The notes under the pieces were generated by a model. That model worked only from the letters and a program-made list of their open reading frames with translations, was not told the DNA's origin and did no database searches. A DNA stretch of 64,000 bases. Origin: a virus. This document shows positions 1 to 10,185 of the stretch, in pieces. Every line of letters begins with the position of its first letter. Within the stretch, counting starts at the first letter, position 1. The DNA lies in the IMG/VR virus record IMGVR_UViG_3300032401_000010. The stretch is one strand, 5' to 3'. A program made the translations under genes and the position numbers.

Positions 1-486
1 GGCCTTGAGTACCTGAAGAACATTGCCCTCGGCGGCTTTAATCTCAGAGCGAACCTCCATTAAAATTTTTCCAAGGTTATTTTGCCCATGTGTTGCATTA
101 TCAATCATTCCCCAAAAATCATCCCTCTTAGATCCTTTAACTAGTTCCCGTTCTCCAGTCATTAAAAGCTTTATCTTCAAATCAATATATTGCTTGAATT
201 TTGCTTCAACGACTTTTTTCATGAAAGGAATTCTTAAAGTATCCCAATCATCAATAAGCTTTACCTTACGACCAAGCTTCTTTGCCGTAGAAGCATCTCC
301 AACCTGAATAATTAATAGAGCATGGTCAGGATCTTTGGTCTTACAAGCTTGAAAGGCATGTTCATTTGTTAAAATAGTAAGACTATGGCCCTGCGGAAAT
401 GCCGGAATAAAATCAACAACTATCGGCCGTTGATAAAAATTCGAAAGAAACTCGTTATCCCCACGAAACTCTTTGATAGCGTCCAT
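1..486 (-). CDS. NADAR/YbiA-like (DUF1768) domain protein; partial gene, N-terminus at 486, runs off the window start
   Basis: Manual minus-strand translation from ATG (484-486): MDAIKEFRGDNEFLSNFYQRPIVVDFIPAFPQGHSLTILTNEHAFQACKTKD... The FLSNFY and EHxFQAxK motifs are characteristic of the YbiA/NADAR fold. Absent from the ORF track because there is no stop inside the window. Confidence 0.55.
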   Translation of the reverse strand, partial: MDAIKEFRGDNEFLSNFYQRPIVVDFIPAFPQGHSLTILTNEHAFQACKTKDPDHALLIIQVGDASTAKKLGRKVKLIDDWDTLRIPFMKKVVEAKFKQYIDLKIKLLMTGERELVKGSKRDDFWGMIDNATHGQNNLGKILMEVRSEIKAAEGNVLQVLKA

Positions 487-490
487 TGTT

Positions 491-808
491 TTAACTCCAA
501 CCTTTGAATTCGTTGTTACCAAACATTCCCCAGTTATCTACTGAGGCAGTATAACCGCCAATACCATCATTTTCAATAGGCCTAAATACAATTGCATATA
601 TATTTACATCATCCATAAATCCATCAACATCCTCATCTGGATATAATGTAATAAAATTTGCTCTTACTTTATCTTTAAGCATTAAACATCTTTTATCTTG
701 ATCAAAATTATTAAATAAATTTACATTTCCACCAAGGTCATCGTCAATAATATCACCAATCGATTTTTCCAGCAATTTTTTAAAATCGTCTACTGTTAAT
801 TTAAACAT
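491..808 (-). CDS. hypothetical protein
   Basis: 105-aa ORF on the dominant strand, packed between neighbouring genes; no recognisable motif. Confidence 0.4.
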   Translation of the reverse strand: MFKLTVDDFKKLLEKSIGDIIDDDLGGNVNLFNNFDQDKRCLMLKDKVRANFITLYPDEDVDGFMDDVNIYAIVFRPIENDGIGGYTASVDNWGMFGNNEFKGWS

Positions 809-860
809 ATTAATTTATAAATGAGGCTGTTTTTATACAGCCCCATTTTCCTAATCAGAA

Positions 861-2663
861 TTAAACTTGAGCGTTAGGCAACTTCTGTTCTTTCGGAGGA
901 AGTGCAATAGCAGCCGAACTACCATTTCCTTCCTTAAGACGTTCAGAAATAGCATCAGCCACGCCTGTGGTTACAGATCCAATTTTGTTCATAGCTTCTT
1001 TCGTTTGCGGTCCTGCTGTTTGCAAGAACCCTTCAATAGCAGATGATATTCCCTGTCCATTCATGACGGCTGAAATAATTTTCGTAGCATCTTCTGGAGT
1101 TCCATAAAGCTGTGCTGTCATCTTGGTAAAAATTGTAGCAGAAGCATTTGCTGCTGCAATTCGAACCTGCTTCTCGGCCTCGACAGAAAGCTTTCGAATC
1201 TCGAAATCCTGAGCTTCCTTGCCGAATTCCTGCCTTGCCTGAAGTTCCGGTTTAATAACATTCTCGACCCTATTCTGATCAATCTTAACTCTTTCTTGAT
1301 CAACTTTAACAGGAACCATTTGAATAGCTTCAATGCCCTGGGCTTCCATCTTCTGAGCAGCAGAAGAGGCTTCCGCCTTTTTTGTTACTGCCAATGCGTC
1401 AGCGTCAGCAGATTTCTTACGAGCTTCTGCATCCCTTTCAATCTTGTAAGCTGATGCGTCTGCGTCTTTTTGTGCAGCAACAAGTTTCGATTCTGCTGCG
1501 GCTTCTGCTGTAATAACGGTCTTCTTCTTCTCGCGTTCAGCGGCTTCAGTAATCTTAACAGTTTCAATCTGCTGACTTGCTTTCTCACGAAGAGCTTGTG
1601 CAATAGCTAGTATTTCTTCTTCCTTGGCTCTTTTGCCAGCCGCAGAAGCAATTGCCTGCTGTTTCTGCTCTTGCGCAACAGCAACTATTTCTTGTTGTTT
1701 CTGAGCAGCTACTTCAAGCATTTTAGACTTCTCTACTTCAGCAAGCTCAACTTGACGCTGAGCCACGATAGAAGCCTCACGCGCTTGCCGCTCCGTGTCT
1801 GATTTAACTTGAGCAACTTCAGATGCCTGCTTAGCAGTAGCAAAAGCCTGGTCCTGTTCAAAAGCTAACAAATTCTTTTGAGTAGTAACATCTTGTGCTT
1901 TACGAGCTTGTTCACCTTCACGAACAAGACGGTTGCGCTCAGTAAGGTTTAACTGAGTTACCTCTGCAATCTTCTTGCGTCCCACCGCATCGAAAATATT
2001 GGTGTCTTTCAAATGTACTTCATCAGTTTGATCAAGCTTGGAGATAGTAACGGTCTCCAAAAATAAACCGTTCTCTGCCAAATCCTTACCAAGAATTTTT
2101 TCCACTTCCATGATAAAAGACTCTCTGTTTGTATTCAGCTCATCCAGTGTCATTTTCGCAGCAACAGTTCTGAATGCTGATACTAACTTGTCTTCGATAA
2201 GATGAGTTACCTCATCTGGTCTTGATAGCTTATCGCCCATTGTAGTAGCGGCTTGAATAATATTTGCTTCATCTGGCTTTACTCGGACGAAGAATTCAGC
2301 CTTGATATCTGCGCGAAGCTTATCGGCAGTAACCATGGCCTTCTCATTCTCAGCAGAAACTTCAAGCTTCAAGCTTCGGAGAGGGACCTTAATTAGTTCA
2401 TGAATAAATGATATGTAAAATGTTCCTCCGTCCAAAATTACTTTCTTACCACCCTGTCCAGTCTTCACAATAGCCTCATCAGCCCTTACCTTTACAAAAA
2501 GTTTTGTGATGATAATAGCACACAAAGAAAAGAAAATAAGAACAGAACCAAACCCAAGCAATGTTAGATTGATCATCAACCCAAGAGGATGACCCATAAT
2601 ACCGGCTGCCACTGGGCCACCGATTAAAAAAACTCCAAAAAGAAGCATAAGGAAAATTGTCAT
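861..2663 (-). CDS. SPFH/band-7 flotillin-like membrane scaffold protein (YqiK/FloA type) with long C-terminal coiled coil
   Basis: N-terminal transmembrane helix, SPFH-like core (ISFIHELIKVPLRSLKLEVSAENEKAMVTADKLRADIKAEFFVRV), then about 350 aa of Ala/Glu/Lys/Gln-rich coiled coil typical of flotillins. Confidence 0.7.
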   Translation of the reverse strand: MTIFLMLLFGVFLIGGPVAAGIMGHPLGLMINLTLLGFGSVLIFFSLCAIIITKLFVKVRADEAIVKTGQGGKKVILDGGTFYISFIHELIKVPLRSLKLEVSAENEKAMVTADKLRADIKAEFFVRVKPDEANIIQAATTMGDKLSRPDEVTHLIEDKLVSAFRTVAAKMTLDELNTNRESFIMEVEKILGKDLAENGLFLETVTISKLDQTDEVHLKDTNIFDAVGRKKIAEVTQLNLTERNRLVREGEQARKAQDVTTQKNLLAFEQDQAFATAKQASEVAQVKSDTERQAREASIVAQRQVELAEVEKSKMLEVAAQKQQEIVAVAQEQKQQAIASAAGKRAKEEEILAIAQALREKASQQIETVKITEAAEREKKKTVITAEAAAESKLVAAQKDADASAYKIERDAEARKKSADADALAVTKKAEASSAAQKMEAQGIEAIQMVPVKVDQERVKIDQNRVENVIKPELQARQEFGKEAQDFEIRKLSVEAEKQVRIAAANASATIFTKMTAQLYGTPEDATKIISAVMNGQGISSAIEGFLQTAGPQTKEAMNKIGSVTTGVADAISERLKEGNGSSAAIALPPKEQKLPNAQV

Positions 2664-2696
2664 TTGTTTTATTACTCCGTAACCATTTCTTGTTGT

Positions 2697-3329
2697 TTAG
2701 TTTTTCGTTAACTCAGAAAGCGCAATCACTTTATATATTTTATTATCAATATTATATTCCAACACAATAATTTTGGTTCCATCTATTATATTAGTGTTAT
2801 CACAACTTTGACAAATTATCTTGTGCAGCATTTTATTATTGTCACGCACTTGAGCAATACCAAATTTGGCATCAATATCTGTATAAGCCATGCCCTCTTT
2901 GCCTATTAAATCTTCAGCTGTACGAACATAGGATTCATTAGAAGGCATGAAGGAGCCAATACCTCTGCAAATCTTTCCGGTAAAGAAGACAACTCCTATA
3001 AACGCAATCCCAATTGAAAGCGGCCCGTAGATAATACTATATTTGAAAATGGGTTCCAATATCATACTAAAGCAAAGTCCAATGACTCCGAAGAGCATAT
3101 TCATTGTTAGCAATATAATTGAAAACGGAACTCGACCGATTCCAAAAAGATCTAAGAATGAATCTTTGGCAGACGCTTCATGACCATGTTCGATATCATG
3201 ATCAATATCATGTCCAATATCAAAATCATGATCTAAATTTACAAAACCTAAAGAATTGCCAATCCCCATCAAAATTGCCATAACAATAGGAATCGTAAAA
3301 AATATTGTAACCCAATTTAATTCCATCAT
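2697..3329 (-). CDS. NfeD-like membrane protein (short YqiJ type), partner of the SPFH protein
   Basis: Lies immediately upstream of the SPFH gene in the same orientation. Has multiple transmembrane helices, a His/Asp-rich loop (HDFDIGHDIDHDIEHGHE) and a C-terminal beta-rich soluble domain, matching NfeD architecture. Confidence 0.5.
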   Translation of the reverse strand: MMELNWVTIFFTIPIVMAILMGIGNSLGFVNLDHDFDIGHDIDHDIEHGHEASAKDSFLDLFGIGRVPFSIILLTMNMLFGVIGLCFSMILEPIFKYSIIYGPLSIGIAFIGVVFFTGKICRGIGSFMPSNESYVRTAEDLIGKEGMAYTDIDAKFGIAQVRDNNKMLHKIICQSCDNTNIIDGTKIIVLEYNIDNKIYKVIALSELTKN

Positions 3330-3538
3330 GAATTAGACTCCGAAATACAATCTTGTTCTTGCTCTAGCAAACTTTTTAGTTTTTTCCATACTAGACCATA
3401 GCCACGCGAAGACGCTACGACATGCGATAACTCCCAGTGGCATTCTCCAGATTTTACAGTGCTAGGAGGGACTATAACTCCTGAGCCATCTATATATTCA
3501 ATTTTAATATGATAGTCTTTCGTATTTATAGATTTCAC
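3326..3538 (-). CDS. hypothetical small protein
   Basis: 70-aa ORF whose start and stop overlap its neighbours (ATGA-type coupling). Confidence 0.35.
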   Translation of the reverse strand: MKSINTKDYHIKIEYIDGSGVIVPPSTVKSGECHWELSHVVASSRGYGLVWKKLKSLLEQEQDCISESNS

Positions 3539-4038
3539 GATTGAGCCGCCTCATCCTTGTTCTCTTTCGGACGATCTGCCCATTTTTCTCCAGACTCCAA
3601 ACTGCGATCATCGTTCCTCTTAAGGATGCCATTTTCGCACAGCCACTTAATCGCTATATAAACATCAGTATTATCCTCTAATGTCCCAACTTCATTCATG
3701 ATGTTGCGTGGAGTAACTGGTTTGTTAATTTTTTCTACATAATCACAAATTCCTACAATTAACTCCATATAGGACGGCTCAATATCCGCTACCGCAAGAT
3801 TTGGATTAATAACAATAGTCTTCTTACGGCGTTTTCTTTTAATGCTTTCATGACCAAAATGTTTTAGAATTTGGTCTAAATTTTTTGCCTTCAAGCGCAA
3901 CTTGTCTTGACGCCTTAGTTCCTGAAAAATTATTTCTTTTTCATTAACTACCCTTTCACAAATGTCTTTAGGGCTAGCAATGTTTTGATCAATACATTCT
4001 TCAATGTATGCTTCAACGAAATCTTTATTATCAACCAT
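3535..4038 (-). CDS. hypothetical protein
   Basis: 167-aa ORF with a basic patch (KRKRRKK); no assignable domain. Confidence 0.45.
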   Translation of the reverse strand: MVDNKDFVEAYIEECIDQNIASPKDICERVVNEKEIIFQELRRQDKLRLKAKNLDQILKHFGHESIKRKRRKKTIVINPNLAVADIEPSYMELIVGICDYVEKINKPVTPRNIMNEVGTLEDNTDVYIAIKWLCENGILKRNDDRSLESGEKWADRPKENKDEAAQS

Positions 4039-4399
4039 AACCTAACCTGTAGTGGTAAACTTTTATTCTTGCTTGGTTAAACAGTTTTTTGTTTTTATCT
4101 GACAATCGATGCTCAGAGGCTTTGAAAGTTCTCTCAAGTTCTTTTTCTGCACGTATCAATAAATTTAGATCTGAGTGTTGATCTAAAATGCATTTTTGCC
4201 CAGCAATTGTTATAGTAATTCTGTCCAAAACAGGACCGGGTTTATCTATAGTAACCATTACAGTAATAATTTGTGGTAGTGTGTTCTGATAGCTGTAACG
4301 AATATCACACCTTTTACATATACACGAGTCCCACGAATGGCCGAAATGTATAATGTAAAATATTGCGGTTCCCACAGAGCCAGTCTTGAAACCGTACAA
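4031..4399 (-). CDS. hypothetical protein
   Basis: 122-aa ORF overlapping the upstream gene by 8 nt. Confidence 0.35.
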   Translation of the reverse strand: MYGFKTGSVGTAIFYIIHFGHSWDSCICKRCDIRYSYQNTLPQIITVMVTIDKPGPVLDRITITIAGQKCILDQHSDLNLLIRAEKELERTFKASEHRLSDKNKKLFNQARIKVYHYRLGYG

Positions 4400-4432
4400 T
4401 AACCATCATAGCAATGATGTCAAGTACAAAAA

Positions 4433-4633
4433 TTATTTTATTTTTTCAATAGTAATAGAGTAAACATGTCCTAATTTATTTTTTACTTTTAAAATAGCTT
4501 GATACTGATTGTTAAAAACAACACTATTATTATCCTGAAACAAATCAATTAAATCATCAATAATCAAATCTGCATCAGCTTCTTGTGGCACAACAAGAGG
4601 ATGATTGGCAGCTACATACACAGTTTTATGCAT
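4433..4633 (-). CDS. hypothetical small protein
   Basis: 66-aa ORF. A TTGACA-N17-TATCTT promoter lies about 6 nt upstream of the ATG, giving a near-leaderless layout. Confidence 0.4.
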   Translation of the reverse strand: MHKTVYVAANHPLVVPQEADADLIIDDLIDLFQDNNSVVFNNQYQAILKVKNKLGHVYSITIEKIK

Positions 4634-4687
4634 GGTGCTAAGATAAGCATCTTCCTTAGAATGTCAAGCCCCTATTCAAATTAATAA

Positions 4688-5194
4688 TTATATTTCAACC
4701 AATTCTGTAAGAGCAACGAATAAATCTTCATAATCATCACATTTGCTCCAAAAATATTCTAAGCCAGCTAATTTTTCTACTCCAGCACAAACCATCAGAC
4801 GATCAAAAAGATTTGCATTAGACCACTTTGTTCCATCTGATTTTAAACAAAATTTACCATACATAGAATTTTTATCATGAACCAGATCTATTGCACTAGC
4901 AAAATAATCTAAACAAAGGCCATACAAAGTCGGAACTCCATCAAAACCAAAAACTACAATGAGATCATCTTCTATTGATGCGCAAATTGTTTTTATCTTG
5001 CCGTCATTAACAATCATTTGAGATGCATATACATTATATTTAGTAATTGTATTATCATATTGTATATCTAATGTTTTAGATATCAAAAAATTTTCTGCGG
5101 CTATTCCTTGTGTACCAAAAGATGATATTGGTATCATTCCGAAATTGCCCATTATAACTCGCACTAATTCTCTTCCTAAAATATCATGTGACAT
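4688..5194 (-). CDS. hypothetical protein
   Basis: 168-aa ORF; no motif. Confidence 0.45.
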   Translation of the reverse strand: MSHDILGRELVRVIMGNFGMIPISSFGTQGIAAENFLISKTLDIQYDNTITKYNVYASQMIVNDGKIKTICASIEDDLIVVFGFDGVPTLYGLCLDYFASAIDLVHDKNSMYGKFCLKSDGTKWSNANLFDRLMVCAGVEKLAGLEYFWSKCDDYEDLFVALTELVEI

Positions 5195-6512
5195 TTTGAT
5201 CCTTTACAATAATAAAAACTCCATAAGGATTTTTTTTAGCATATTTTGCCCAATGTTCCCTAGCCAAAAATATAACAGGAGCTTTTGGTTTTGGCGGGTA
5301 CGCACCAATATCCATATCGGAATAAAGTATTATCAAACTTGGTTTTAATTCAGAAGCCCGATTAAATGCGTCATGCATATCTGTGCCGCCACGACCAACA
5401 AATCTAACTTTTCGTTTTTTCAATTCATGTTTTATATTCTTTACTTTAATTACTTCATGAACAGTTGTGTCAGCAGTTATTAAAACTAAATTATCACAAA
5501 CAGAACCAAGTTTTTGCAAATGTCCCGAAGCATATTCAAACTCTACGCTATTCATAGAACCAGACGTATCAACAATTAATACTATCTTCGGAATGCTAGT
5601 TCCTTGCTCTCTTGGAATAAAAACATCAAACGGCAAATATTTAGGATCTGGTCGATACGGATTACGATCAGAATTTCCTTTTAAACATTCTTTAGCGAAC
5701 CTGATTAATACACGCTCAAATGGAACTTCTGATTTTTTAATTTGCTCTATATAATCTTCATAAAATCCAGGAAGTAATCCTCTTCCCATTCCTTTATGAC
5801 GAGCCGCCGCTTTAATTACTTCATCAATAATCTTTTGTTCATCAACTCCGTGAGGCATAGGAATTAAATCATTACCCCACGGCGCACCAAAATTTTCTAC
5901 CATCAATTGATTAATAGCTAATTCTCTATCTATTGGGCCAGTATGTTCTTTTGGAATTTCTTTCGAAACAGGTCTATTACAAGCCGGACACTTTGGACGC
6001 GGATCGTCGTCATCACAATATTCGTCATCTTGATGAAACTCTCTATTACAAATATGACAAAATGGAGTTATCTTTTTTTCTTGCCTTTTCTTTACTTCAG
6101 CATCTAAATCTTTATAAATTTGTTCAGCAGATTGTTCATTATAACAAGGATCATATAATCCAACAGGCATTTCAAATTGTTTAAGATCTTGAACAATCAT
6201 TGCATTAATGCTAAAATCACAGGCATAATTAAACGTCCTGTGTTTTCTAGTTTTTAATCTTTTAGAATGCAATAATGCTATGTGCAACCATTCATGCAAA
6301 GCAACAAACAATTTTTCTCTAAAATTCAGTTTATTCCATTTTTCAATACAAATAAAGATACATATCCCGTTTGTCGCAGCAAGAGGCCCCTTCGGACTAT
6401 TATTTATAATAATTGGCCAGGAAATTAATGGATATGTAAAAGGAGCTAATAATGCTAATGATGAAAATATTCTTTTAACTTCTTCTACATCTTTTTTATT
6501 ATCAGCATTCAT
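5184..6512 (-). CDS. vWA-domain protein with N-terminal HExxH metallopeptidase-like domain (DUF2201-like), partner of a MoxR ATPase
   Basis: Contains HEWLH (HExxH) near the N-terminus, a Cys-rich segment and a C-terminal vWA domain with an MIDAS-like DTSGSM motif. The adjacent gene is a MoxR AAA+ ATPase. Confidence 0.6.
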   Translation of the reverse strand: MNADNKKDVEEVKRIFSSLALLAPFTYPLISWPIIINNSPKGPLAATNGICIFICIEKWNKLNFREKLFVALHEWLHIALLHSKRLKTRKHRTFNYACDFSINAMIVQDLKQFEMPVGLYDPCYNEQSAEQIYKDLDAEVKKRQEKKITPFCHICNREFHQDDEYCDDDDPRPKCPACNRPVSKEIPKEHTGPIDRELAINQLMVENFGAPWGNDLIPMPHGVDEQKIIDEVIKAAARHKGMGRGLLPGFYEDYIEQIKKSEVPFERVLIRFAKECLKGNSDRNPYRPDPKYLPFDVFIPREQGTSIPKIVLIVDTSGSMNSVEFEYASGHLQKLGSVCDNLVLITADTTVHEVIKVKNIKHELKKRKVRFVGRGGTDMHDAFNRASELKPSLIILYSDMDIGAYPPKPKAPVIFLAREHWAKYAKKNPYGVFIIVKDQNVT

Positions 6513-6799
6513 AATCTCTTTTCAACCTCTTTATTATCTTTACCATCAATAAAAGGCTCGCATATATCCGATGCTTCTTGAACATATAATATTGCTCGAT
6601 TAATATGCATGCATGACTTATTTACTGCATCACTTAATTTTGTTTTTCCAAACATCTGATCACGAGCTGATTTACGTTCTAATTCAAGTAATATATAACT
6701 AAACAGCTTGGCTATACTGTCATATCTCATATTAGATATTTCAACGGCCAACTCCTTTAAAGAACCTTTGAAACCTTCTACAGTTAGAAATTCTCGCAT
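6509..6799 (-). CDS. hypothetical protein
   Basis: 96-aa ORF between the MoxR and vWA genes, with overlapping start and stop. Confidence 0.4.
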   Translation of the reverse strand: MREFLTVEGFKGSLKELAVEISNMRYDSIAKLFSYILLELERKSARDQMFGKTKLSDAVNKSCMHINRAILYVQEASDICEPFIDGKDNKEVEKRL

Positions 6800-6808
6800 T
6801 ATTTTCCA

Positions 6809-8134
6809 TTACGCCGCCAAGTATTGCACAATTTCTTCCATTAAATCTTCCGCCAAGCCTGAATCAAGTAAAAGATTCATGATTCTTGTCCTATGAATCA
6901 TTTGTAAATATAATGTTCTAATTTCAGGAACAAGATCCCTAACGAATTGAGCAAGATTGCTCATCGCTTTATCGTTAATAATAAAACCAGGACCACTCGG
7001 ATCTTTTTTACCTAAATGCTCTGGCGTAACTTGATCGGCTATAGCAAAAGTAGCTATACACTGATCACTAATTAAACTTTGTTCATCAGAACAGTTTTCA
7101 CGAACAGGAATACGTTTTGTCCCATCTAAAATTTCTTTAAAATTAAACTTCAAATACAAATCTCGATATGCAAAATATTCGGCTTGAGCTTGTTTGCCAA
7201 CAAAATCTATTAATTCGTTTCTTACACTTGTTTGAAAATTATCCATTTGCTTAGGATCATTTGGATTCGGATTAGTTCTTCTCTCAATAGAATCTATAAC
7301 CCTGCTAGCATTAGTCCAAGAACGAGGAGAACAAAATGAATAACTCTGTTCTAAATCGGCTCTGTGCAACCATTCTCCATTTTTGAATTTGTGGAATCCT
7401 ATAATATCTTTTCTAACACCATGAGGTATAGCCCACTTTATCCAAGTGTCCAAATCTGCCTCAATCTCTATATTAGCACAACGGTTCCTAAGCTCAGGCG
7501 GAATAGGATTAGATAAAAATGAGTCTTCCTCCCTATTAGCAGCGGCAATAACATACCAATCTCTGCCAAGTTGCATATCACCAACCACTCTGTTCTCTAG
7601 AATATGAGTTGCTGCTCCAAATTTAGCCTCAGAGGCTTTATCTAACTCATCTAGGAATACGATACCCCAAGAGCTGTTTTTAAGTTTTACGAGGTTCTCA
7701 GGCATAACGAACCGGGCAAAATTCTCTTTTTCGGACAAAGATGGAACAACAACTCCCTGAAGTTGTTCAATAGGCCTTTCAGCAAGCCTTAAAACAAGAC
7801 AGTGCGGCTCGATCAGTTTTAATAAATCATGAGAAGGATAATCAAATTGCAACAGTTTTAACTTTGCTTCAAACTCTTTAGTGAGTTTTGCCCGATGCTC
7901 ATCCAGCTCTTTTCCCAGATCCGTTTCCAGCCCTTGACTATTTATGGCTTTTAGATCTTCGGCGTATTTATTTTCTAAGTCATTAATCATACGTTCGCAA
8001 ACTAAAGAAATAACTAGCTCAGTTTTCCCAATTCCTGGTCCACCCCATAAAATAACTGGATAACTAAGATCTGGATTTTCCCAATTCCACTTTGTTAATA
8101 TTCTTTCTTTAGCTTGATTTATTGTGTTAGCCAT
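6809..8134 (-). CDS. MoxR-family AAA+ ATPase
   Basis: Walker A ILWGGPGIGKTELV and Walker B VFLDELDKA. Paired with the vWA protein, the classic MoxR-vWA layout. Confidence 0.75.
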   Translation of the reverse strand: MANTINQAKERILTKWNWENPDLSYPVILWGGPGIGKTELVISLVCERMINDLENKYAEDLKAINSQGLETDLGKELDEHRAKLTKEFEAKLKLLQFDYPSHDLLKLIEPHCLVLRLAERPIEQLQGVVVPSLSEKENFARFVMPENLVKLKNSSWGIVFLDELDKASEAKFGAATHILENRVVGDMQLGRDWYVIAAANREEDSFLSNPIPPELRNRCANIEIEADLDTWIKWAIPHGVRKDIIGFHKFKNGEWLHRADLEQSYSFCSPRSWTNASRVIDSIERRTNPNPNDPKQMDNFQTSVRNELIDFVGKQAQAEYFAYRDLYLKFNFKEILDGTKRIPVRENCSDEQSLISDQCIATFAIADQVTPEHLGKKDPSGPGFIINDKAMSNLAQFVRDLVPEIRTLYLQMIHRTRIMNLLLDSGLAEDLMEEIVQYLAA

Positions 8135-8138
8135 TGTT

Positions 8139-8939
8139 TCATTTTCCTAATTTAAGTTTGTGTCTTGTTCTGGTAACGCCGTCAAAATGATTTTGTTTAG
8201 CATTTAATGGTCGTAAATTATGTATAGACCAGCATTTTTTGAAATTTTCATGTTCCATTGAATCATAAGGCAAATCTGACTGAGGAATTATATGATCTAA
8301 TTGCCAAGTCCATGTTGAACTATCATTATCATTCCAGGTTTTTTTATTATATTTTCCTTGATTATTCCAATTCATCCATTGCTCAAACTTAGATTCTATA
8401 TGTTTTTTTATTTCATCTATATTTAAATAACATAACACAGAATGCTTTTTCTTTTGTGATAAACCATTTCTCTGTAAAGCAATTCTAACATAATTACTAA
8501 CGCCTAAACGCAATCTAAAATAGATATCATTTTTCTTGCGCTCTCTTATATGCTTTCTTCTCTTCTCTTTATTGCTTTCAATTTTATAATATTCTTTTTG
8601 ATAAAGAATAAATTTGTCTTTATTTTTTTTATAATATATTTGTTGTTGTCTTTTCCTTTCTTTTCTGTTTTTATTTAAACGCTTTTTAATCTTTTGTTTA
8701 TTTTTTTCATAATAAATATTACTTTTAATAGATAATTCTTTTTTATGAGAAGTTTTATATTTTTTTCTTATTAAACTAATATTTTCTATATTTTTTTTAT
8801 AATATTTTTGTTGTTTGTTACTAATGCATGTTTTACATTGTCTTCTATATCTATATTTATTTGCATAATTGCGTATTGAAAAATTATCAATATTTAATAA
8901 ATTTTTACATTTTGTGCATTTTAATTTATTTTCTTCCAT
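8139..8939 (-). CDS. HNH endonuclease, free-standing, with Cys4 N-terminus and Lys-rich low-complexity middle
   Basis: N-terminal CxxC...CxxC and a C-terminal HNH motif (LDHIIPQSDLP...N...NHFDG). Inserted between the MoxR and Rnl1-like genes. Confidence 0.6.
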   Translation of the reverse strand: MEENKLKCTKCKNLLNIDNFSIRNYANKYRYRRQCKTCISNKQQKYYKKNIENISLIRKKYKTSHKKELSIKSNIYYEKNKQKIKKRLNKNRKERKRQQQIYYKKNKDKFILYQKEYYKIESNKEKRRKHIRERKKNDIYFRLRLGVSNYVRIALQRNGLSQKKKHSVLCYLNIDEIKKHIESKFEQWMNWNNQGKYNKKTWNDNDSSTWTWQLDHIIPQSDLPYDSMEHENFKKCWSIHNLRPLNAKQNHFDGVTRTRHKLKLGK

Positions 8940-8953
8940 TCTTTATTTTAATT

Positions 8954-10165
8954 TCAAATAGTTTCTTCTAGCTCAGACTGTATTTCTTTTAAAGTTGGAT
9001 CAACCGTCAAACATAATTGCAACATGGTTTTAGCTGCGTTTGCTGGAATTTTCCCAGCAACATTAAGATCGCCTAATGCAAACGTTTTTAAATCCGGAGT
9101 CTTATTCCTTTTTAATGCAAATAAAGCTCCAGGCCATAATTTTGTCATAGCCTCTAAAGCAAAATCTTTCATTATCAAATGATGTTTAAGGCTATCATAA
9201 TCAATTTGAGTACGACGAAAAACTTCAGCAATTATTGGTTTTAAACGCCTTATTCTATTTGCTATCATCTCAGGCATCATACCAATAATATCATCATCTT
9301 TTTCTAATAAGATAACCTCCACGCACCCTCTGTAGGAAGTAGATAAGCTGTCACGCATATGATTATATATGACATACAACGGACTCTTTACTTTAACTCT
9401 ATTGAAGTTGGCGTCCTTAATAACAACGCCTTCTTTTTCTTTTGGATCCCAGTCTTTTACGACTTGGATCATATGATTTATATTTTTAAAATGATATTTT
9501 TCTACCGCAGGAACCTTTAAATTTGCCGCCAAAACTTCTGGCGAATACTCAGTTAAAGTTTTGTTATCACGGACTGCTAATAATGTTATAGATAATTTCT
9601 TGTAATCACAAACTATTCTATTAAAAGGACTTGTTAATTCAAAACAGTATGTGCAATTCTTGTCTATCTGCAACATCCCTTGGTTTCCATAGTTCATTAA
9701 ATCTTGAATATCATTTCCAAGATTCATTTCTTTTACTGCTAAATCAAATAATTTAGCAAAGGTTATGTCGCTTTCATCTATATTGCCATCAGCCTCCGGC
9801 CTAGAACGAGTTCCTACACACCACCTATCTTGTTCAAGATCCCAGTAAGCAATGCACATCGTTCCGTCTAATTTGTCTTCAAAACAAGCTGTGCTCCAAT
9901 CTATCTCGGCTGCTGTTTCTTTTTGTTCTAGATTGAAAAATCTAAACATTGGACAAGCAACTATATCATACGTTCCTTCTCTTAGGATTAATCCTCTGCA
10001 TTGTTGCGAAAGCGGATCTTGCTCTCTTGCTTCAATTTGATCATATGTTAACCCTATTTTCCCATTATGAATATAAGATTTAACTCCATGTTCTATTTTT
10101 AGATCTTGAAGAGTTTTTCCGGAACGCAAATATTTTTGAACGTGTAGCATTATGTCAAATACCAA
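8954..10165 (-). CDS. RNA ligase 1 (T4 RnlA-like)
   Basis: Segments align by eye to T4 Rnl1: CRGLILREGTYDIVACPMFRFFNLEQ matches CRGIMFEMDG..RPMEKFFNLNE; the adenylyltransferase KxDG motif I is FEDKLDGTM (T4: LTKEDGSL); EGVVIKD...FNRVKVKSPLYV matches the T4 motif IV/V region. Confidence 0.75.
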   Translation of the reverse strand: MVFDIMLHVQKYLRSGKTLQDLKIEHGVKSYIHNGKIGLTYDQIEAREQDPLSQQCRGLILREGTYDIVACPMFRFFNLEQKETAAEIDWSTACFEDKLDGTMCIAYWDLEQDRWCVGTRSRPEADGNIDESDITFAKLFDLAVKEMNLGNDIQDLMNYGNQGMLQIDKNCTYCFELTSPFNRIVCDYKKLSITLLAVRDNKTLTEYSPEVLAANLKVPAVEKYHFKNINHMIQVVKDWDPKEKEGVVIKDANFNRVKVKSPLYVIYNHMRDSLSTSYRGCVEVILLEKDDDIIGMMPEMIANRIRRLKPIIAEVFRRTQIDYDSLKHHLIMKDFALEAMTKLWPGALFALKRNKTPDLKTFALGDLNVAGKIPANAAKTMLQLCLTVDPTLKEIQSELEETI

Positions 10166-10185
10166 GGTGATAGGTTTCTAATCGA

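Noticed and set aside
23-307. Plus-strand 94-aa ORF at the window start
   Set aside because: Antisense to the manually translated NADAR-like gene, which has convincing family motifs.
1118-1603. Two small minus-strand ORFs (1118..1333, 1385..1603) rich in Leu/Arg/Gln
   Set aside because: Nested out of frame inside the flotillin coiled-coil coding region. Repetitive GCA/GAA codons create long alternative frames.
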